Below are positions 9,047 through 18,231 of a stretch of DNA of 50,848 bases, piece by piece. Position 1 is the first letter of the stretch. The number at the start of each line of letters is the position of its first letter. The DNA is from Bacteroidota bacterium (GTDB lineage Bacteria; Bacteroidota; Ignavibacteria; Kapaibacteriales; UBA2268), in the NCBI GenBank assembly GCA_024278075.1, contig JAJRTW010000043.1, forward strand, positions 1-50,848. Direction: 5' to 3'. The notes under the pieces were generated by a model, which was not told where the DNA came from, did no database searches, and was given only the letters and a program-made list of their open reading frames with translations. The translations under genes and the position numbers were made by a program.

Positions 9047-11641
9047 ATGAGTTTGCGATACAAAATAATTTCGTTCATTATCCTTGCCGCTCTTTGCTTC
9101 TGGGTTATAGATTCTGTTGTGGAATGGCTGCTTTTTTATGATTCATCATTTGATGAGTTGCTGGGCAAGGGCATCCCATATTACAATAAAATCTATAATC
9201 CCATGCACGAAGTATTATTGAGAGGAATAATCCTTGGCAGCTTCATTTTCTTTTATGTCTCCACGGCAACATTACTTATTAAAAGAAAAAGAATTGAAGA
9301 TGAACTGCTGGACAGCAGAGAGAAGTATAAGAAACTCGTTGATAATTCGCTGATAGGCATTGGAATATCTAAAGGCAATAAAGTTGTATTTGCTAATGAC
9401 AAGCTCCTGGAAATTTGGGGATATGATAATTTTGAAGAATTTGCCAGAATTACAATACTTGACCATATCGCCCTGGAAGACCGTGAGAAGATATTGAATA
9501 GAATGAAAAAAAGAGATAATGGCGATAATCTCACTTCCCATCTTGTTCATAAAATTATCCGTAAGGATGGAGCTATCAGGACTCTCGAACTGTCGTCAAC
9601 CCCGATTACAATAGCTAATGTTAAATATATCCAGTCAACTTTCCGGGATATTACCGAACGCAAACTGCATGAAGATGCACTGAAAGAAAGTGAGACGAAA
9701 TATAGCTCTATTGTCAATTCTGCTAACGATGCGATAATTACCGCAGACCACAATAGTAAGATAGTATTTATCAATCCTTCTGCCGAGAAAGTATTTGGCT
9801 ACTCTCATGACGAAGCCCTGGGCTTGCCTTTAACGGACCTGCTACCCGAAAGATATAAGAAAATGCATACGTTTTCATATAGAAAGGCAATTGAAACCGG
9901 AGACCACTATTTAGTTGGCAAAACCATTGAAGCCATTGGGCTGAATAAAGAGGGCAGGGATATCCCGATTGAACTCTCATTTGCCAGCTGGAAAACAACA
10001 AAAGGTACTTTTTATACATGTTTTGTAAAGGATATAACAGACAGGAAGAATGCAGAAGAAATATTATTAGAAAATCAGGAAAAATACTCTGCCGTCCTTC
10101 ATCAAAGTGCAGATAATATCTACCTATTAGACTTCAAGACGAAGAAAATTATCGAAACTAACGATGCCTTGCAGAAGCTTCTGGGCTATACCGCAGAAGA
10201 ACTGGAAGGCCTTAGAGTTTATGATTTTGTGGCTCATGACAAAGATAATATCGACAGGAAAATAGAAAATGTTATTTCAAACAAGAGGTTCAATCTTGGC
10301 GAACGCTACTATAAACGAAAAGATGGCTTGCTGGTGGATGTGGAAGCAAGCGGGAGTTTAATTAATTATCATGGCAAAAAAGCCGTTTGTATTGTTTCGC
10401 GCGATATTACCGAGAGGAAAAAAGCGGAAAGTGAAATCAGGGAAAGAAGCAAGTTCCTCCATTCGATTTTGGAATCGTTAACCAATCCCTTCTATGTAAT
10501 TAATGTAGATGACTTCACAATCGCAGAGGCCAATTCGGCTGCACTGAACGGATTGTCAAAAAAAGGCATGACGTGCCATGAAATGTCGCATCTGAAGCGC
10601 AAACCATGCGATGAGGCTGATCACCTTTGCCCGATTGAAGTGATTAGGAGAACAGGCAAGCCCGCAAGAATGGAACATATACATTATGATTCGAAAGGGA
10701 ACAGACAAAGCGTTGAGGTTAATGCCTACCCGCTGTATGACGACGATGGTGAATTGAAACAGATAATCGAATATACCTTAGATATTACTGAGCGCAAGGC
10801 TGCGGAAGAAGAAATTCAGAAACTTAACGAAGACCTCGAACTAAGAGTTAAAGACAGAACCTTCCAGCTTCAGGATGCTTTGGAGGAAATCAGGTTCGAA
10901 AATGAGGAAAGGAAAAGGGTGGTTCTGGAGCTTGAACAAGTCAATGCTTCGAAAGACAAGCTGTTTTCTATTATTTCTCATGACTTAAGAAGTCCGATTT
11001 CATCATTGATAATGACTACCGAATTGCTGATAAATTATTATGACAGATTTGACAGAAGCAGCTTAGAAGCCAAATTAAAACAAAACCTTACCGCATCGAA
11101 GCAAATATATAATCTTTTTGACAATCTGCTGTCATGGGCTAAATCGCAGTTAGGCAAAATCGAGTTCGAACCGGAAAGGATTGATTTCTTCGATGTACTA
11201 AAGGACGTCTTTCCGTTAATGCAGCTGCAGGCCGAAAATAAAAAAATAGAGATTTTATTTGATAGATACCAACATGCTGAAGTTTATGCTGACAAGGCAA
11301 TGCTTGAAACAATATTGAGAAATTTAATAAGCAATGCAATTAAGTTTACTTCCGGGGATGGTAAGGTAGAGATAAAATGCGAACAAACAAACGGGAGTTT
11401 CGAAATTTCTGTTAATGATACTGGTATTGGAATGAAGCAAGAAGACATCGACAAGCTTTTCAGAATAGATGTACACCATACTTCAGTTGGTACTGACAAA
11501 GAAAAAGGTACCGGCCTCGGTTTGATCCTTAGCAAAGAGTTTGTTGAAAAAAACAATGGCAAAATCTGGGTTGAAAGCCAATTTGGGAAGGGGGCAACTT
11601 TTAAATTTACCCTTCCTTATGTCGAGGAATTGCCAGTATGA
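9047..11641 (+). CDS. Membrane-anchored multi-PAS sensor histidine kinase
   Basis: Two N-terminal TM helices, four PAS/PAC units ending in DIT[ED]RK, H-box ISHDLRSP, N-box NLISNAIKF, G1 DTGIG, G2 GTGLGL. Confidence 0.95.
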   Translation: MSLRYKIISFIILAALCFWVIDSVVEWLLFYDSSFDELLGKGIPYYNKIYNPMHEVLLRGIILGSFIFFYVSTATLLIKRKRIEDELLDSREKYKKLVDNSLIGIGISKGNKVVFANDKLLEIWGYDNFEEFARITILDHIALEDREKILNRMKKRDNGDNLTSHLVHKIIRKDGAIRTLELSSTPITIANVKYIQSTFRDITERKLHEDALKESETKYSSIVNSANDAIITADHNSKIVFINPSAEKVFGYSHDEALGLPLTDLLPERYKKMHTFSYRKAIETGDHYLVGKTIEAIGLNKEGRDIPIELSFASWKTTKGTFYTCFVKDITDRKNAEEILLENQEKYSAVLHQSADNIYLLDFKTKKIIETNDALQKLLGYTAEELEGLRVYDFVAHDKDNIDRKIENVISNKRFNLGERYYKRKDGLLVDVEASGSLINYHGKKAVCIVSRDITERKKAESEIRERSKFLHSILESLTNPFYVINVDDFTIAEANSAALNGLSKKGMTCHEMSHLKRKPCDEADHLCPIEVIRRTGKPARMEHIHYDSKGNRQSVEVNAYPLYDDDGELKQIIEYTLDITERKAAEEEIQKLNEDLELRVKDRTFQLQDALEEIRFENEERKRVVLELEQVNASKDKLFSIISHDLRSPISSLIMTTELLINYYDRFDRSSLEAKLKQNLTASKQIYNLFDNLLSWAKSQLGKIEFEPERIDFFDVLKDVFPLMQLQAENKKIEILFDRYQHAEVYADKAMLETILRNLISNAIKFTSGDGKVEIKCEQTNGSFEISVNDTGIGMKQEDIDKLFRIDVHHTSVGTDKEKGTGLGLILSKEFVEKNNGKIWVESQFGKGATFKFTLPYVEELPV

Positions 11642-11739
11642 TTATTCGGAAGCTCTCCGGATGCTCATTAATATTCCGTTCGGACATGCAACAGCGACCG
11701 GAGTGGCTCCATCAAAACGGGCACTCGGATTAAGATGCT

Positions 11740-11935
11740 AATGTATTCAAAGCCGTCCGGCATCTATATCGTGGCCGAAAGCAGCTTCGAACGATTGCAA
11801 AAGGTCTCAATATATTCAAAGATACTCAATTCCGCCTCATGCCTGTTCTGGCAGTGTTTCCGTTATACCAGTTCAAGTTTACTTTTGATAAACACCTCAG
11901 CAACAGTGCTTGGTGATTTAATTAGATTATCATAA
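11740..11935 (-). pseudogene. IS3-family transposase remnant (C-terminus of the integrase core)
   Basis: Minus strand reads YDN...VAEVFIKSKLELV*RKHCQNRHEAELSIFEYIETFCNRSKLLSATI*MPDGFE. This matches the IS3 OrfB C-terminal pattern (DNAvAEsFf..lK.Elv....f.tr.eA...ifeYIe.fYNr.R.HS.l....P..fE) but contains stops. Confidence 0.75.
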
Positions 11936-12349
11936 CCCAACTACCTCGGGTATTTTATTCAGCGGTTTTATATATTATTGGGAATATAGGAGTTAGCCCG
12001 ATAGTATGATAAGTATTTTTGGCCCCATAAATGAGCAATCCTGATTACCTGTTGGCTACGGACTGTCAGTGGCTTTGGTAATTACGAATAATGCGTGATA
12101 AATACTAACTGCATATTATTACTGTAAAGCCTTATCCGGATTAAGACAAACTGGCTACTAATATTTTTATTATATTGTAGAAAATATTTTGGAGATACTA
12201 TCGATAGGCAATTGCCCCAGATGGTAGGAAAAGGTTGTTATCTATATTGAACACTTAGAAAACCTTGCCCCGTTAGGCAAGCTCTTTGCAAAATATGGAC
12301 TCCACCCCAATGCAATCAATCAATAACTAATAATAATGAGAGATAAATA

Positions 12350-14209
12350 ATGCTATATAATGATTTAATTCGAAAGCTATCTGTTCATAACGGCCAATGT
12401 GTATCGTGCAATATTATTTGGATTGCTGCCACAATAACGCTTTTTTTTCTTTGCCGTGGGATTTGTGCTTTTAGTGGGCCGTACGGCTACGAAATCATTA
12501 CATTGAAATCAATAAAGCCATCCGAATCAATACCAATAATAGTAAAATACCTGCAGCCCGATAAATCAGTTAATCGTAAGATTTTCAATGCAACAAGATT
12601 GTCGTCAACTGGCGGCAGTTTAACGAAAGAAACAATCAATATTAAAGCCGGGGTGGGAAGTGTTGTGTCGGAAGTGTCTGCAAATGCCGATTTCGAAATT
12701 ATTATAAATGGAGAGAAAACCGGAAAAATTGTAGAGTTAATATCCGATGTCCCGAAAAAATATTATGAAGGGCAGTTGGGGGCGGATGAAGTGTGGACTT
12801 CGGATTTCGAGTATTATATAACGGGTGACTTATACGTAAAAGAGGGATTGGCCCTATTAATTGAAAAGGGTACAAGAATATATATTGACAGCAAAATAAA
12901 CATATTTATTGACGGTGGTACTAACATCAATGGCACCAAGGACGAGCCGGTTGTATTCACATCATTCTTTAATGATAAGCCCTGGGGCGGTATTGTCTTT
13001 GGCCCGAAAAGTTCAATATCAAGATTCACCAATTGCATAATAACAAATGGAGGCGGCAACGACGAATACATAATGGGCCATTCGATGAGCCAGGCGGTTG
13101 TGAATATGTTGGCTGCCGATGTCACTTTCGACGAGTGCTATTTTATAGACAATACAGGAAAAGCATTTGGAGCAACCGATAGCAGAGTGACTATCTCGAA
13201 TTCCTTAATATCAAGGTGTGATACCGGAGGAGAGTTCCATACGAGCTTAGCCAATATTACCAATACCGTTGTGTCCGAGATTCCGGATAATACTGATAAT
13301 TTCATTGATGATGACAATGACGGGTTTTATTTTCTTAACCCGCACTCTTCTTCGGACGAGCCATCAATTGTCGACGGGTGTTATTTTATTAAAGGAAAAG
13401 ATGACGCCATTGACCATAACGGGGCCAAGCTAATAGTTAAAAATACATATATCGATGGTTTTACTCACGAAGGCATTGCAGCGTCTACGGACAACTTTGT
13501 TAAAGTCTTCAATTCATTGATAACAAACTGCAATCAGGGAATCGAGGCCGGCTATGGCGAGCCGGAAGTAATGGTCGACCACTGTCTGATTATCCGGAAC
13601 GATGCGGGAATTCGTTTTGGTGATTCCTATGATATTGCTTGTGAGGGGAATATGGAAATTCGCAATACAATAATTATAAAGAATGGTATTAATATCAATA
13701 ACTTTGTTAATCTGTTAGAAGGGCCATTCCCCGGCGGTATTAATCTTGGCAATACACTTCTGGACAACAGTGATTATAAAGAGGAATGTTTGAACTGTGT
13801 GATTGGCGAGGCGCTGTTTAATGAGAATTATTTATTAGTTGAAGGATCCCCGGGAAAGGCCATGGCTTCGGACGGTTTGGATATTGGGCTTGTCGATACT
13901 TTATTGAACGGCCATTTAGTATATCTTCCGGATGATGGGACAATTCCGAAAACATTTCACTTTAAATCATTTCCGAATCCGTTTTCCATAGCAACGAATT
14001 TATGCTTTGAACTGAATGAATACAGTTTCACGGAAATAGTAATAATTAATTCCTTAGGGCGGCAAATAGAAAAAATTATATTAGGATACGTAGAGCAGGG
14101 GCGGCAATGCGTTCGATGGCAGCCCGTTGGTTTAAGCAAAAGTATCTATCGGGCAATATTAATTACAAATGGCCAGGCCTCCGGAAGTATAAATATTGTT
14201 TATCAATAA
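12350..14209 (+). CDS. Secreted right-handed parallel beta-helix protein with T9SS C-terminal sorting domain
   Basis: GTKDEPVVFTS...WGGIVF, repeated beta-helix rungs, DDDNDG/DDAID acidic motifs, GSPGKAMASDG.DIG, C-terminal SFPNPFS...INSLGRQI. Start codon uncertain. Confidence 0.75.
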   Translation: MLYNDLIRKLSVHNGQCVSCNIIWIAATITLFFLCRGICAFSGPYGYEIITLKSIKPSESIPIIVKYLQPDKSVNRKIFNATRLSSTGGSLTKETINIKAGVGSVVSEVSANADFEIIINGEKTGKIVELISDVPKKYYEGQLGADEVWTSDFEYYITGDLYVKEGLALLIEKGTRIYIDSKINIFIDGGTNINGTKDEPVVFTSFFNDKPWGGIVFGPKSSISRFTNCIITNGGGNDEYIMGHSMSQAVVNMLAADVTFDECYFIDNTGKAFGATDSRVTISNSLISRCDTGGEFHTSLANITNTVVSEIPDNTDNFIDDDNDGFYFLNPHSSSDEPSIVDGCYFIKGKDDAIDHNGAKLIVKNTYIDGFTHEGIAASTDNFVKVFNSLITNCNQGIEAGYGEPEVMVDHCLIIRNDAGIRFGDSYDIACEGNMEIRNTIIIKNGININNFVNLLEGPFPGGINLGNTLLDNSDYKEECLNCVIGEALFNENYLLVEGSPGKAMASDGLDIGLVDTLLNGHLVYLPDDGTIPKTFHFKSFPNPFSIATNLCFELNEYSFTEIVIINSLGRQIEKIILGYVEQGRQCVRWQPVGLSKSIYRAILITNGQASGSINIVYQ

Positions 14210-14497
14210 CAGGCCTCCGAATAATTCGACTATAATGCCATTGCTATGCAACAGGCCTCCGATTTTCATATAAGCGCTGCTGGATTCCCATTTGAGCTTT
14301 GCTGCTTCGTCTTTTTTGGCCAGGCCATCGTTTTTCGGAGCTTTTAGGTAGTTCAACTTATTTTTTATTCAAGTTCATTGTGTTATCTTTAAGTTTGTCG
14401 TAAATTGACGAAAGTCCATTAATTATGAATTATTTACGGGAATAGAAAATATAGCTTGCTTTCTATTGTTCTATTGCCTATATTGCTTTGGACGTTA

Positions 14498-14541
14498 GTT
14501 ATCCCTTTGTTATCCCTAAGCTTTTCCTTAGCTTTCCCAAT
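14498..14541. promoter_or_regulatory. Four phased 11-bp direct repeats (putative regulator binding array)
   Basis: GTTATCCCTTT GTTATCCCTAA GCTTTTCCTTA GCTTTCCCAAT. Confidence 0.5.
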
Positions 14542-14629
14542 ATTAAGAAAAGGGAAGGCAGTTTTCTTCAACGTTAATCCGGAGGCAGCCATGATACGTA
14601 GCCCATAACCATTCCCGCTTTAGCACTCA

Positions 14630-14720
14630 CAAAAAAACCGGTGAGGAAAACCCCACCGGCCGGTAGATATGAACTTCGGCTGAGTCTCGCTAAAGAACTG
14701 CCAAAGTGCCATATCGGTTG
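14630..14720 (-). ncRNA. Putative structured small RNA ending in an intrinsic terminator
   Basis: Minus-strand long hairpin GATATG..ACTTTGGC..(loop ttagcg)..GCCGAAGT..CATATC (one G-U pair forms only on the minus strand), then ccggtgggg-tttt-cctcaccgg-ttttttt. Confidence 0.5.
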
Positions 14721-14804
14721 TTGTTAATTTACGGATTTTTTCGTAAATGCCGAAAAGTTATTTATTTTTAATTATTTTGTAAATTAATTTATTAGGAGTA
14801 TGTC

Positions 14805-15086
14805 ATGAAGAAGAAATTATTTGCAGCTTTATTTATGGTATTGTTTTTAGTATCTACATCTTTGTTCGCTTTTTTCGATTGGAGCGACACAGGCTGGACG
14901 TCAAGCAACGGGTTGAACTCTGTGGCCGGCCAAGCCTCAAATTTACAACCAATTCCAGGGGGGTGGTCTTTCTATTGTTCAGGAGATGGAATATGTTATC
15001 AAATTATTGGTGGTGGCCTATGGATTTATTCAACAGTACAGTCGCCCGAAGAAGGAGATCCATTTGTTGAAATCACAAAACAATAG
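14805..15086 (+). CDS. Small secreted Gly/Trp-rich protein with a CSGDGIC cysteine pair
   Basis: Strong AGGAG RBS, Sec signal MKKKLFAALFMVLFLVSTSLFA, ~71-aa mature peptide, followed by a terminator. Confidence 0.75.
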   Translation: MKKKLFAALFMVLFLVSTSLFAFFDWSDTGWTSSNGLNSVAGQASNLQPIPGGWSFYCSGDGICYQIIGGGLWIYSTVQSPEEGDPFVEITKQ

Positions 15087-15101
15087 TTCATCATAGATAC
15101 A

Positions 15102-15132
15102 GAAGGGAACTATTCGTTCCCTTCATTTTTTT
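15102..15132 (+). terminator. Intrinsic terminator between the peptide and lipoprotein genes
   Basis: GAAGGGAAC-tattc-GTTCCCTTC-attttttt. Confidence 0.75.
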
Positions 15133-15151
15133 ATTAAAACATTAAAGCAAC

Positions 15152-16456
15152 ATGAAAATAATTATTGTATTACTTTTACTATTATCTACTCACTGCACTT
15201 CGAATAAGGATTTGCTTAGCGATTTCAAACAGCTTAAATTAGCAGTAGATTCTACTTTACACAAGAAATCTCTTGAAGTGGCCGAACTGGTCAACATAGA
15301 AGAGTCTGAATCATTAATTCTAAATGATGTTTATGCTACTGATATTAACTTTGCAACTAATAAAATAATTGTGGCAGACCCTGTTAACAGAAGTGTAAAT
15401 ATATATAACTATAAAACCGGAAGCATTATTAATAGTGTTACATCGGGACTCAATCTTAGTGATTCATTAATATATTCTGGTAGAATCCCGCTTGACCATA
15501 CATTAACCGGAAGGCGTTTTAGATACCTTAAAAATGCAGAATATGAAGAATTTGGATTAACTCAACAAGATATAAATCTTCAAAAGAATAGATATTTTGT
15601 ACCCAAATTTGTTAGTAACGATAAGATAGAGATTTTAGCAACAATCTATGCGCCAGCTATTTCTGAAGATAATTTCACAGTATTGGATAATACTGCGGCA
15701 ATAATTAAATATGATTCAATGCTAAATTTAAAACGTGTAACTGTATTTGAAAATAGTCTGAAGGGATACTCACTTTCTTATGCGTTTCTTATAGATAAAG
15801 AACGCGGCCAATATTTATTAACCAGTTCAACTTATCACAGAACAAATACATATAAATTATTTGATTCGCTCACAGCAATATCTTTATATGATAGAAATGG
15901 TAATTTTATTAAAGTTGCTTCTTACCTCCCTGGTATCTATGAAACTGTAAAAAGCGGATATAAATTGCAATGGATGCCCAAGATAGCTCAAATTAACAGT
16001 AAACCTTTCATTGCATTCCCACTTGATTTAACAATATATGGTATCAATAGTCAAAAACGATTTAACCTTGTTAATCTTCCTTATAGTAATGATCATGGCT
16101 TTGAGTATTTCAAAAAAAATAGACGCGAAATTATGGATCCAAATGTTAGTGTTGATCGATTCAGTGAAATAAGGGATGTGATAAAAAATATATTTCCTAT
16201 TAATATTGTTGGACTCTTTTCAGTAAACAAGAACCTAATTGTTCGTGTACTTGTGTATGACGATACGGTCGAGGGTGGCTATTACTATATTTTACAGGAA
16301 TATAGCCCTTCCGGAGAATTGCTGTCGCAGACAAATATTTATGAAGATTTTAACAATAAGATTCATTATGTAACATTCGATAATGCAAATAACTACCTTG
16401 TCCTGTTCAAGAAGAGCAAGGATGGCTGGACTATGGAAAAGAGGAAATGGCAATGA
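15152..16456 (+). CDS. Probable lipoprotein with beta-propeller-like fold
   Basis: Short hydrophobic signal ending in Cys15; blade-like motifs (KIIVADP..RSVNIYN..TG, ISLYDRNGNFI, LQEYSPSGELL). The fold is inferred. Confidence 0.6.
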   Translation: MKIIIVLLLLLSTHCTSNKDLLSDFKQLKLAVDSTLHKKSLEVAELVNIEESESLILNDVYATDINFATNKIIVADPVNRSVNIYNYKTGSIINSVTSGLNLSDSLIYSGRIPLDHTLTGRRFRYLKNAEYEEFGLTQQDINLQKNRYFVPKFVSNDKIEILATIYAPAISEDNFTVLDNTAAIIKYDSMLNLKRVTVFENSLKGYSLSYAFLIDKERGQYLLTSSTYHRTNTYKLFDSLTAISLYDRNGNFIKVASYLPGIYETVKSGYKLQWMPKIAQINSKPFIAFPLDLTIYGINSQKRFNLVNLPYSNDHGFEYFKKNRREIMDPNVSVDRFSEIRDVIKNIFPINIVGLFSVNKNLIVRVLVYDDTVEGGYYYILQEYSPSGELLSQTNIYEDFNNKIHYVTFDNANNYLVLFKKSKDGWTMEKRKWQ

Positions 16457-16908
16457 AAAATCCATATATTATAGTCCCACTATTATTTGTCATTGTAATT
16501 TCAGCTTTGTCACGGAATAGTTTGTTTAATGAGATAGCAAAGCTATCCGGACTGAACGAGAACGAATTTTTACTGGTCGTTTATTTAAATCCGGCTACTT
16601 GTGTGAAATGTTATATTGAGCCATTTGATATAATAAATTATATAGAAAAAAATAAGCGTAAGGCCAAATTCAAGTATCTGGCAATGGTTAAGTGCGATCG
16701 GGAAATAGAGCTTAAAGTATTCAAAAGGGAAACCGGCTGGAAGTATTATTCCTATGTTGATGACGGGACTTCATTGAAGAAATTAGGCGGAGAGGGCAAA
16801 ACAGTAATCTCAATATTAAATCATAACGGTGAGAATCAATTGAATTTGAGAGAGATGCAAGTAATGAAAAACAGAAAATTAGTGAGAGGATTCCTAAAAG
16901 GCCTTTGA
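16453..16908 (+). CDS. Thioredoxin-like CxxC protein, exported or membrane-anchored
   Basis: N-terminal hydrophobic segment, LLVVYLNPATCVKC motif, ATGA overlap with the upstream stop codon. Confidence 0.65.
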   Translation: MKNPYIIVPLLFVIVISALSRNSLFNEIAKLSGLNENEFLLVVYLNPATCVKCYIEPFDIINYIEKNKRKAKFKYLAMVKCDREIELKVFKRETGWKYYSYVDDGTSLKKLGGEGKTVISILNHNGENQLNLREMQVMKNRKLVRGFLKGL

Positions 16909-17096
16909 AAAAACCTCAAGCGAAGCCTAATAGTTTTAGAATGGCCGGATGCAGAATACCCGTATACATTCGCCACGCTTCTCATAGTTTCTACCGGACA
17001 TTACAAAATCTCATCTAAAATTATCCATATAATCACAACAACAAATTTCTTACTCTTAGTTCCGGCAGGATCATAAAGCCTGATTAAAAAAAAATC

Positions 17097-18167
17097 TCAA
17101 GTATATTCTTTAACATTGATTTCGCCTTTCAGAGCGTAGTAAACCCCTTCGGCCAGGGCCTGCATCTCATCTTCGCCGGGATAAATCTTGACAGGTGCGA
17201 TGAATTTAACGCCATTTCTTATCCACTGCACGAGCATGGCGGAATGCGCCAGGCCACCGGTTATTAATATTGCATCTACCTTGCCGTTAACCACAGTGGC
17301 CATAGCCCCGATTTCCTTCTTAATCTGATAGGCCATCGCCCGAAACACCTGCTTGGCTTTCCTATCCTTTCGTTTAATCATTTCTTCAACTTCGGTGGCA
17401 CTGTTCGTCCCGAGGTAGGAGACAATCCCGCCATTCCCCGTAATCATCTTCCTTACCTGATGCAGTTGATATTTACCCGAGTAGCATAGCTTTACAACCT
17501 GGCCGACCGGCAGAGAGCCCGTTCTTTCAGGCGAAAACGGCCCATCGCCGTCCAAGCCGTTGTTCACATCGATTACACGCCCGTGCTTGTGAATTCCCAC
17601 GGTGATGCCGCCGCCAAGGTGGACTACAATTAGATTCAGATGCTCATATTTCGTATTGGTATCGCGGGCATATCTGCGGGCTACCGCCTTCTGGTTCAAA
17701 GCGTGGAAGATGCTCATCCTGGGGAGTTCGGGCCTGCCCGAGAATCGCGCAAGCTCCTCCAATTCATCAACCACCACGGGGTCGACTATATAAGCTTCGG
17801 CCACTTTCCCCGATTCCTTTGCAATTTCTCTGGCGAGAATTCCGCCCAGGTTGGATGCGTGTTCGCCTAACACCCCAACCCGAAGGTCTTCGATCATCGC
17901 ATCGCTTACCTTATACACGCCGCCCGGGATTGGCTTCAATAAACCGCCGCGGCCAACAACCGTATCAAAAGATTCCACGTCAATGCCGGCTTCTTTCAAT
18001 GAGTCTAATATTAATTTCTTCCTGAAATCATATTGGTCGAATGTCATTCTGAAACTGTCGAGGTCGTCGAGGCTGTGCCGGATGGTTTTGGCAAACAATG
18101 GCTTCAGGCCATCGAAGACCGCAATTTTTGTTGAAGTCGAGCCGGGATTTATTGCAAATATTCTCAT
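17097..18167 (-). CDS. buk: Butyrate kinase
   Basis: INPGSTSTKIAVF, GRGGLLKP, HASNLG, FHALNQKA, HLGGGI, GPFSPER, PGEDEM. Confidence 0.95.
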   Translation of the reverse strand: MRIFAINPGSTSTKIAVFDGLKPLFAKTIRHSLDDLDSFRMTFDQYDFRKKLILDSLKEAGIDVESFDTVVGRGGLLKPIPGGVYKVSDAMIEDLRVGVLGEHASNLGGILAREIAKESGKVAEAYIVDPVVVDELEELARFSGRPELPRMSIFHALNQKAVARRYARDTNTKYEHLNLIVVHLGGGITVGIHKHGRVIDVNNGLDGDGPFSPERTGSLPVGQVVKLCYSGKYQLHQVRKMITGNGGIVSYLGTNSATEVEEMIKRKDRKAKQVFRAMAYQIKKEIGAMATVVNGKVDAILITGGLAHSAMLVQWIRNGVKFIAPVKIYPGEDEMQALAEGVYYALKGEINVKEYT

Positions 18168-18231
18168 TGTTAATTCTCGTATTTACATATAGATACGAAA
18201 TATTTTCAGCAAAATGCCCTAAATAATCTGT

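Noticed and set aside
11735-11935. 66-aa plus-strand ORF
   Set aside because: Better explained as the antisense of the IS3 remnant.
14174-14262. Mini CRISPR array from the caggcctccg repeats
   Set aside because: Repeats are only 10-13 bp, spacing is unequal, the first lies inside a CDS, and no cas genes are present.
14620-14646. CIRCE (HrcA) operator
   Set aside because: Only the TTAGCACTC half-site is present; there is no GAGTGCTAA after 9 nt and no chaperone gene downstream.
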